From Halomonas sp. (GTDB taxonomy: Bacteria; Pseudomonadota; Gammaproteobacteria; Pseudomonadales; Halomonadaceae), in assembly GCA_046540755.1 (NCBI GenBank), contig JBKHEO010000004.1:1072-65071 (forward strand): DNA of 64,000 nt. Reading direction: 5' to 3'. A program made the position numbers and the translations under genes. Position 1 is the stretch's first letter. Each line of letters starts with the position of its first letter. The notes beneath the pieces were generated by a model. The model was not told the DNA's origin. It saw only the letters and a list, made by a program, of their open reading frames with translations, and made no database searches. This document shows positions 57,443-64,000 of this stretch, piece by piece.

Positions 57443-60439
57443 ATGACATCCCTTAAGGATAACGCCCGGTCTCGGAATGCGAGGATCAAGCCGGTAACCG
57501 ACTTGGCCGCCCGGCTTTCCCGGGAGTTGCAAGGCGAGGTGTTGTTCGATCATGCCTCCCGGGGTCGCTACGCGACCGATGCCTCGATCTACCAGGTCAC
57601 CCCGGTCGGGGTGGTGATCCCTCGTCACCAGGACGATCTGGGCATGGCACTGGAGATCGCCCGGGACGCCGGCGTGCCGGTGCTGCCGCGTGGAGCCGGC
57701 ACCAGCCAGTGCGGCCAGACGGTGGGCGAGGCGCTGGTGATCGACACCAGCCGCTACCTCAACGGGGTGGTCGAGTTCGACGCCGAGGCTCGCACCGTGG
57801 TGGTCGAGCCGGGCATCGTGCTCGACCATCTCAACGCCTGGCTCAAGCCCCATGGGCTCTGGTATCCGGTGGACGTCTCCACCAGCGCCCAGTGCACCCT
57901 GGGTGGCATGGCCGGCAACAACTCCTGCGGCTCGCGCTCGATCCGCTATGGGAATATGGTCCACAACGTATTGGGGGTGGACGCCATCCTCGCCGACGGA
58001 GGCGAGGGCCACTTCGGCTTCGTCGACCAGCTACCCGATACCGGGCGCATTCGCCAACTTGCCGAGGGCGTGCGCGCCATCGCCGAGGGGGTGGCGCCGG
58101 AGATCCGCGAGCACTTCCCCAAGGTGCTCAGGCGGGTCGGCGGCTACAACCTGGACCTCTTCGACTGCCAGAACCCCAAGCCCTACGACCCGGATGGCCG
58201 TGCCAACCTGGCCCACCTGCTGATCGGCTCCGAGGGTACCCTGGGGATGAGCCGGCGGATCACCCTTGCGCTCTCGCCGCTGCCCGACCACAAGGTGCTG
58301 GGGGTGGTGAACTTCCCAACCTTCTACCAGGCCATGGACCTGACGCAGCACATCGTCACCCTGGACCCCACGGCGGTGGAGCTGGTCGACCGCACCATGA
58401 TCGACCTGTCGCTCGAGAACCCGGCCTTCCGGCCGGTGATCGAGAAGGCGCTGATCGGCCGGCCCGAGGCGGTGCTGCTGGTGGAGTTCGCCGGCAGCGA
58501 CCGCGACGCCCAGCTGGCCTCGCTGGCGCGCCTCTCCGAGCTGCTGGCCGACCTGGGCCTGCCCGACAGCGTGGTGGAGATGCCCGAAGCGGCGGAGCAG
58601 AAGGCACTGTGGAACGTGCGCAAGGCCGGGCTCAACATCATGATGAGCATGAAGGGCGACGGCAAGCCGGTCTCCTTCATCGAGGACTGTGCGGTGCCCC
58701 TGGAGCATCTGGCGGAGTACACCGACAAGCTGACCCAGGTCTTCCACCGCTACGGCACCGAGGGGACCTGGTACGCCCACGCCAGCGTCGGCACCCTCCA
58801 CGTGCGGCCGATCCTCGACATGCGCCGCGACGGCGCCGAGAAGATGCGCGAGATCGCCGAGCAGGCCTCCGCCCTCGTGCGCGAGTACAAGGGCGCCTAC
58901 TCGGGGGAGCATGGCGACGGCCTGTGCCGCGGCGAGTGGGTGGCCTGGCAGTTCGGCGACACCGTCAACGACGCCTTTCGTGAGGTCAAGCGGCTCTTCG
59001 ATCCCGATAACCGCTTCAACCCGGGCAAGATCGTCGATACCCCGAAAATGGACGATGACCGCTACTTTCGCTTCTCCAGTGACTATCGGCGTATCCCGTT
59101 GACCCCGGTGTTCGACTGGTCGGCCTGGAACGTCGAGCGTGATCCACTGACCGGTGAGCAGAGCGCGCCCGGCAGCGGTGGCGACGTCACCCATGGCCTC
59201 GCCATGGCGGTGGAGATGTGCAACAACAACGGCCACTGCCGCAAGTTCGATGCCGGCACCATGTGCCCCAGCTACCGCGTCACCCGGGACGAGCAGCACC
59301 TGACCCGTGGCCGCGCCAACACCCTGCGGCTGGTGCTCTCGGGACAGCTGGGCGAGGAGGGGCTGGCCGGCGACGCCGTCAAGGAGGCGCTTGATCTCTG
59401 CGTCTCCTGCAAGGGCTGCAAACGCGACTGTCCTACCGGCGTCGACATGGCCAAGTTCAAGATCGAGGCGCGCAGCGCCCGGGCCCGCGCCCGGGGGCTC
59501 TCGCTGCGCGACCGCCTGATCGGCGAGATGCCGCGCTACGCTCCCTGGGCGAGCCGCTTCGCCGGGCTGGTCAACGGGGTCGAGCGGGTGCCGGTCCTGG
59601 CCCGCGCCATCAAGCGCACCCTCGGTCTGGCGCCGCAGCGCTCGCTGCCGGCCTTCCGCGGCAACTTCCTGGCCGAGCCGCACGAGAGCCCAGCTTCCGC
59701 CTCGCGGGAGGTGCTGCTCTTCGTCGACACCTTCAACAACTACCAGGAGGGGGCCAACGCCCGGGCCGCCAGACGCGTGCTGGAGGCGGCCGGCTATCGC
59801 GTGCATCTCAACGTCGCGCCCGGTCAGCGCCCGCTCTGCTGCGGGCGTACCTACCTCTCGTCCGGGCAGTTCGACAGGGCACGGCTGGAGGCGCGGCGTA
59901 CCCTCGACCATCTGATGCCCCATGTGAAGCGGGGCGTGGTCATCGTCGGGCTCGAGCCCTCCTGCCTGCTGACCCTGCGCGACGAGTTCCTGCAGTACGG
60001 GTTCGGCAAGGAGGCCGAGGCGCTTTCCCGCTCGGCCTTCCTGTTCGAGGAGTTCCTGGTCCGGGCGCGTGACGCCGGCGAGCTGCCGCTCGAGTTGAGG
60101 GCGTTGCCTCGGCGGCGCGCCCTGCTGCATGGCCACTGCCACCAGAAGGCCTTCGATGCGCTGCGCCCGGTGGAGACGGTGCTGTCGTGGATCCCCGACC
60201 TCGAGGTGGAGATCATCGAGTCCTCCTGCTGCGGCATGGCGGGCAGCTTCGGCTACGAGGCCGAGCACTACGATGCCTCGATGCAGATGGCCGAGCTCTC
60301 GTTGCTGCCGGCGATCCGCGACCGCGGCGACGATGCGGTGCTGGTGGCCGACGGCACCAGCTGTCGCCACCAGATCCACGACGGCAGCGGCCGCGAGGCG
60401 GTGCATGTGGCACGCCTGCTGGAGCAGGCCCTGGCCTGA
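57443..60439 (+). CDS. FAD-linked 2-hydroxy-acid oxidoreductase fused to Fe-S/CCG domains (GlcD-GlcF/YdiJ-like architecture)
   Basis: RGAGTSQCGQ, GGMAGNNSCG, GSEGTLG, HASVG.LHVRP, GEHGDG, CVSCKGCKRDCP, CCGR, CCGMAG. Confidence 0.92.
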   Translation: MTSLKDNARSRNARIKPVTDLAARLSRELQGEVLFDHASRGRYATDASIYQVTPVGVVIPRHQDDLGMALEIARDAGVPVLPRGAGTSQCGQTVGEALVIDTSRYLNGVVEFDAEARTVVVEPGIVLDHLNAWLKPHGLWYPVDVSTSAQCTLGGMAGNNSCGSRSIRYGNMVHNVLGVDAILADGGEGHFGFVDQLPDTGRIRQLAEGVRAIAEGVAPEIREHFPKVLRRVGGYNLDLFDCQNPKPYDPDGRANLAHLLIGSEGTLGMSRRITLALSPLPDHKVLGVVNFPTFYQAMDLTQHIVTLDPTAVELVDRTMIDLSLENPAFRPVIEKALIGRPEAVLLVEFAGSDRDAQLASLARLSELLADLGLPDSVVEMPEAAEQKALWNVRKAGLNIMMSMKGDGKPVSFIEDCAVPLEHLAEYTDKLTQVFHRYGTEGTWYAHASVGTLHVRPILDMRRDGAEKMREIAEQASALVREYKGAYSGEHGDGLCRGEWVAWQFGDTVNDAFREVKRLFDPDNRFNPGKIVDTPKMDDDRYFRFSSDYRRIPLTPVFDWSAWNVERDPLTGEQSAPGSGGDVTHGLAMAVEMCNNNGHCRKFDAGTMCPSYRVTRDEQHLTRGRANTLRLVLSGQLGEEGLAGDAVKEALDLCVSCKGCKRDCPTGVDMAKFKIEARSARARARGLSLRDRLIGEMPRYAPWASRFAGLVNGVERVPVLARAIKRTLGLAPQRSLPAFRGNFLAEPHESPASASREVLLFVDTFNNYQEGANARAARRVLEAAGYRVHLNVAPGQRPLCCGRTYLSSGQFDRARLEARRTLDHLMPHVKRGVVIVGLEPSCLLTLRDEFLQYGFGKEAEALSRSAFLFEEFLVRARDAGELPLELRALPRRRALLHGHCHQKAFDALRPVETVLSWIPDLEVEIIESSCCGMAGSFGYEAEHYDASMQMAELSLLPAIRDRGDDAVLVADGTSCRHQIHDGSGREAVHVARLLEQALA

Positions 60440-60503
60440 TCCGTAGAGCCCCGGACCCTGCCACGCTGGCGGCAGGGCAACCCCCACGCAAGCGGAGGAT
60501 GGC

Positions 60504-61028
60504 ATGGCGATCTATCAGTACGGGGAGGAGGCCCCCACCATCGAAGAGAGTGTCTACGTGGCCGAGACGGCCGACGTGATCGGACGGGTCACCCTGAAGC
60601 GTGACGCCAGCGTCTGGTACCAGGCGGTACTGCGCGGTGACACCGAGCGGCTGGAGGTGGGCGAGGGCAGCAACATCCAGGACGGCGCCGTGCTCCATGC
60701 CGATCCCGGCTACCCGCTCAGGGTCGGTGTGGGGGTCACCGTGGGCCACCAGGCGATGCTCCACGGCTGCACCATCGGCGATGGCAGCCTGGTCGGCATC
60801 CAGGCGGTGATCCTCAACGGCGCGCGGATCGGACGCAACTGCCTCGTCGCCGCCGGTGCGGTGGTCAAGGAGGGCGCGGCCTTCCCCGACAATGTCCTGA
60901 TCGTCGGGGCGCCGGCCAGGGTGGTCAGGGAGCTCTCCGAGGAGCAGGTCACGGGGCTTTCCCGCAACGCGGCCGGCTACGTGGAGCGGGCAGGACGACA
61001 CGCCGAAGGGCTCAAGCGTATCGGCTGA
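60504..61028 (+). CDS. Gamma-carbonic-anhydrase-like hexapeptide-repeat protein (PaaY/CaiE/YrdA family)
   Basis: VLRGD, SNIQDGAVLH, TVGH.AMLHGC.IG, G.PARVVR. Confidence 0.9.
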   Translation: MAIYQYGEEAPTIEESVYVAETADVIGRVTLKRDASVWYQAVLRGDTERLEVGEGSNIQDGAVLHADPGYPLRVGVGVTVGHQAMLHGCTIGDGSLVGIQAVILNGARIGRNCLVAAGAVVKEGAAFPDNVLIVGAPARVVRELSEEQVTGLSRNAAGYVERAGRHAEGLKRIG

Positions 61029-61067
61029 CGCCAGGCCCATGGCCGCCCCGGTCCAGAGCCCCAACGC

Positions 61068-61097
61068 AAGCGCCCCCGGCATATGCCGGGGGCGCTT
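61068..61097. terminator. Bidirectional terminator (30-bp perfect palindrome)
   Basis: aagcgcccccggcat|atgccgggggcgctt followed by ctcttc, between convergent genes. Confidence 0.8.
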
Positions 61098-61123
61098 CTC
61101 TTCTAGCGAGGGGCGAGGCCCGG

Positions 61124-62824
61124 TCAGTCGAGTCCGAGCAACGGGTCCGCGACGCCCAGCACGTAGAAGGCGATCAGCGCGATGATCCCGCTGGCGACGA
61201 GGTAGTAGATCGTCGGCAGGATCGTCTTGCGGATGGTCTCGCCCTCGCGGCCGAGCAGGCCCACGGTGGCCGAGGCCGCCACCACGTTGTGGATGGCGAT
61301 CATGTTGCCCGCCGCGGCGCCCACGGCCTGCAGGGCCACCATGAAGGCGGTGGAGATCCCGAGCTGCTGGGCGACGTTGAACTGGAAGTCGGACAGCATC
61401 AGGTTGGAGACCGTGTTGGAGCCGGCGATAAAGGCACCCAGCGCGCCCACGGCCGGGGCGAAGAAGGGGTAGACCCCGCCTACGCTGTCGGCCACGAACT
61501 GCGCCATGGCGACCGGCATGGAGACCAGGTCGGCCTGGTTGACGCCGGAGTTGATCAGGATCCGCACCATGGGAATGGTGAAGATCAGCACGAAGCCAGC
61601 GCCGAGGATGGTCTTGGAGGACTCGCCGAAGGCGGCCTTGAGCTCACCCAGGCGCATGCGGTGGAGCAGGCCGGTGAGCAGCACCACCATCAGCAGGATG
61701 CCGCCGGGCAGGTAGAGCGGCTCGATGGTGCCCGAGACGCCCGCCTCGCCGAGGATGTTGGTCCAGCCGATGGAGAGCGAGTTGAGGGCGTTCTTGAACG
61801 GCTCGATGGTGCGCGAGGCGACCAGGATCACCGCGAGCAGCACGTAGGGCACCCAGCCCATCAGGGTGGAGATCGGGGCCTTGCCGGTGACGTCGTCCAG
61901 CTTGATCTCGAGCTTGCCGATCCACTGGTCCGGCCAGGAGGAGTACTCGGGGAAGTCCCAGGTGTCCTTGGGGATGAGGAAGCCGCGGCGCGCCGCCGGC
62001 ACGACGATGGCGAGGCCCACCATGGCACCGATCATCGATGGGAACTCCGGCCCCAGCAGCACGCCGGCCAGCATGTAGGGCACCACGAAGCTGATCCCGG
62101 CGAAGATGGCGAAGGGCGCGATGGAGAGTCCTTCCTTCCAGGAGCGATTGGCCCCGAAGAAGCGCACCATGATGACCACCATGATCAGCGGCATGAGGAT
62201 CCCGACGATGCCGTGGATGATGGCTACCTCACCGGCGATCAGCCGGAAGTATTCCATCCAGGTGGCGCCGCCGGCCTCCAGGGTCTCGGTGATGCCGTCA
62301 CGGTCGAGGCCACCGGTGACGCCCACCACGATGGGCGTGCCCACGGCGCCGAAGGAGACGGGGGTAGACTGGATCATCATGCCGACGACCACGGCTGCCA
62401 GCGCCGGGAAGCCCAGGGCGACCATCAGCGGGGCGGCCACGGCCGCGGGGGTGCCGAAGCCCGAGGCGCCCTCGATGAAGCAGCCGAACAGCCAGGCGAC
62501 GATGATCGCCTGCACGCGGCGGTCCGGGCTGATGCCGGAGAAGCCGTTGCGGATAGCCTTGATGCCGCCGGAGTGCTTCAGGGTGTTGAGCAGCAGGATG
62601 GCACCGAAGATGATCCACAGGATCGAGACGGTGAGGATGAGGCCCTGGAAGGTGGAGGCCAGCACGCGGGTGGCGCTCATCTCCCAGGCGAAGAGGGCTA
62701 TTAGGGCGGTGACCACGAACACGACTGGCATGGCGACCTTGGCCGCCAGGCGCAGACCGATCAGCAGCACACCGGCCAGCACCAGCGGCGTGAAGGCCAG
62801 CAGTGCAAGGAGGGTGTCATTCAT
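61124..62824 (-). CDS. L-lactate/glycolate permease (LctP family)
   Basis: [58 protein letters not shown]. Confidence 0.93.
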   Translation of the reverse strand: MNDTLLALLAFTPLVLAGVLLIGLRLAAKVAMPVVFVVTALIALFAWEMSATRVLASTFQGLILTVSILWIIFGAILLLNTLKHSGGIKAIRNGFSGISPDRRVQAIIVAWLFGCFIEGASGFGTPAAVAAPLMVALGFPALAAVVVGMMIQSTPVSFGAVGTPIVVGVTGGLDRDGITETLEAGGATWMEYFRLIAGEVAIIHGIVGILMPLIMVVIMVRFFGANRSWKEGLSIAPFAIFAGISFVVPYMLAGVLLGPEFPSMIGAMVGLAIVVPAARRGFLIPKDTWDFPEYSSWPDQWIGKLEIKLDDVTGKAPISTLMGWVPYVLLAVILVASRTIEPFKNALNSLSIGWTNILGEAGVSGTIEPLYLPGGILLMVVLLTGLLHRMRLGELKAAFGESSKTILGAGFVLIFTIPMVRILINSGVNQADLVSMPVAMAQFVADSVGGVYPFFAPAVGALGAFIAGSNTVSNLMLSDFQFNVAQQLGISTAFMVALQAVGAAAGNMIAIHNVVAASATVGLLGREGETIRKTILPTIYYLVASGIIALIAFYVLGVADPLLGLD

Positions 62825-62938
62825 GGAGCAGGTTACCTCGATCAGCTGTCAATGTTGTTCCGGCCGGCGACGGCGCCGGTCGGGCTTATTGGTCAGCGTG
62901 ACCTTAAGTCCTGTCGAGCCGGCTTTCCAGAGATGGGA

Positions 62939-62996
62939 AATTGGTATGACCAAAATGTATTGCGCCACAGCAAGAGGGAAATGGTACTTAACCACT
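62939..62996. promoter_or_regulatory. FadR-type (GlcC/LldR/PdhR-like) operators upstream of the permease
   Basis: TTGGT-ATG-ACCAA (62941-62953) and TGGT-actta-ACCA (62982-62994). Confidence 0.6.
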
Positions 62997-63170
62997 TGTG
63001 GATCATGGAGAAAGCCTGGGCCATGCCGAGTCCGGCTGCTTGATCCGGGCGCAGGGCATTAGACTAATGGACAGCATGAAACCGGGCGATGTCCGCTGTT
63101 GGCGCGCCTGGCGATCCCTGCCAGACTGCATCGGTATCGCTTCGAAATCCCCTGCGAGAGAGGAGATGGC

Positions 63171-63878
63171 ATGACCCGAGTGCTCTATGACCTGTGTGGC
63201 GTCGACGAGGGGCTGCGCTTCTCGCCCTACTGCTGGCGCGTGCACTACGCCCTGGCCCACAAGGGGCTGGCGGTGGAGACGCGCCCCTGGCGCTTCACCG
63301 ACAAGGCGGCGCTGGCCTTCGCGGACCACGACAAGGTACCGGTGCTGGTGGATGGCGACACGGTGGTGGCCGACAGCTACGAGATCCTGCGCTACCTGGA
63401 TCGCGCCTACCCCGAGGCCCCGCTGCTGGGCGATGGCCTGGCCGAGGGGCGGGCGCGATTCGTCAAGCACCATGCCGAGCGCACCCTGCAGCCGGCAATG
63501 CTGCGCACCATCGTCATGGACCTGCTCAACGCCATCCACCCCGACGACCGCGCCTACTTTCGCGAGACCCGCGAGAAGCGACTGGGGCGCACCCTGGAGG
63601 AGTTCCACTCGCCGTCGAAAGGGCTCTCCCAGCTGGATGCCGGCCTGGAGCCCCTGCGCGGCCGGCTCAAGGAGGCGGCCTACCTGGATGGCGACGCCCC
63701 GGCCGGCGCCGACTACATCGTCTTCGGCTGCTTCATGTGGGCACGTTGCGTCTCCAGCGCCGACCTGGTCTCCAACGCCGACCCGGTCCACGCCTGGCTC
63801 GAGCGCATGCTCGACCAGCATGATGGCCTGGGGCGAAAGGCGATGCGAATCACCGACGTCGAGGGGGCCTATCGCTGA
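63171..63878 (+). CDS. Glutathione S-transferase, LigE/beta-etherase-like subfamily
   Basis: RFSPYCWR...ALAHKGL, VPVLVDG...V.DS..I..YLD, D..YFR..RE...G, ADY.VFG.FMWAR; aggag RBS. Confidence 0.85.
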   Translation: MTRVLYDLCGVDEGLRFSPYCWRVHYALAHKGLAVETRPWRFTDKAALAFADHDKVPVLVDGDTVVADSYEILRYLDRAYPEAPLLGDGLAEGRARFVKHHAERTLQPAMLRTIVMDLLNAIHPDDRAYFRETREKRLGRTLEEFHSPSKGLSQLDAGLEPLRGRLKEAAYLDGDAPAGADYIVFGCFMWARCVSSADLVSNADPVHAWLERMLDQHDGLGRKAMRITDVEGAYR

Positions 63879-63889
63879 GGCTAGCGGAG

Positions 63890-63932
63890 ATGTTGCAATG
63901 CACAAAAACGCCTGCTATGTTGCATTGCAGCA
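63890..63932. promoter_or_regulatory. Two TGC-rich boxes resembling PhaR operators
   Basis: atgttgcaatgcacaaa (63890-63906) and atgttgcattgcagca (63917-63932). Confidence 0.55.
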
Positions 63933-63976
63933 CAGGGCATGTCGTCCTGTCCGGCCACCAGTGACGGAGGTTTTCC

Positions 63977-64000
63977 ATGACCACCAAGGCAACCCAGCAG
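63977..64000 (+). CDS. Start of a truncated ORF (MTTKATQQ...), possibly a phasin
   Basis: ggagg RBS before ATG; product is inferred only from the upstream PhaR-like boxes. Confidence 0.4.

Noticed and set aside
1-64000. CRISPR arrays, tRNA/rRNA genes, IS elements, prophage or defence genes
   Set aside because: I found no regularly spaced repeats, RNA-gene signatures, or transposase, integrase or phage motifs by eye; small ncRNAs cannot be excluded

Overview
High-GC gammaproteobacterial chromosome segment, most consistent with Halomonas/Halomonadaceae (strongly acidic periplasmic proteins, gene content). It holds about 55 credible CDSs. I saw no rRNA, tRNA, CRISPR array, integrase or transposase. 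Core and metabolic genes: APC permease, csiD(glaH)-lhgO, a TAXI-TRAP transporter, purEK, a basic amino-acid ABC transporter with astE, wrbA, D-malate/tartrate dehydrogenase with its LysR, ltaE, mtfA, glcDEFG/glcC and a lactate/glycolate permease. Accessory modules: (1) a Tat-exported type-II-SQR-like flavoprotein plus small membrane protein, bracketed by a direct repeat of the upstream gene's 3' end, with a deleted chimeric echo of the locus after wrbA; (2) a visibly more AT-rich two-gene operon pairing a di-haem cytochrome c peroxidase (bCcP/MauG/MbnH superfamily) with a YddB/FusA-like TonB-dependent transporter, behind overlapping Fur-like and FNR-like boxes, which is the best candidate for an undescribed system; (3) a complete FecIR-receptor-ABC-FhuF siderophore uptake cluster; (4) a decaying BCCT pseudogene; (5) an orphan GntR-controlled, CoA-dependent catabolic cluster next to the glycolate oxidase genes. 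All family assignments come from motif recognition by eye; no database search was run.
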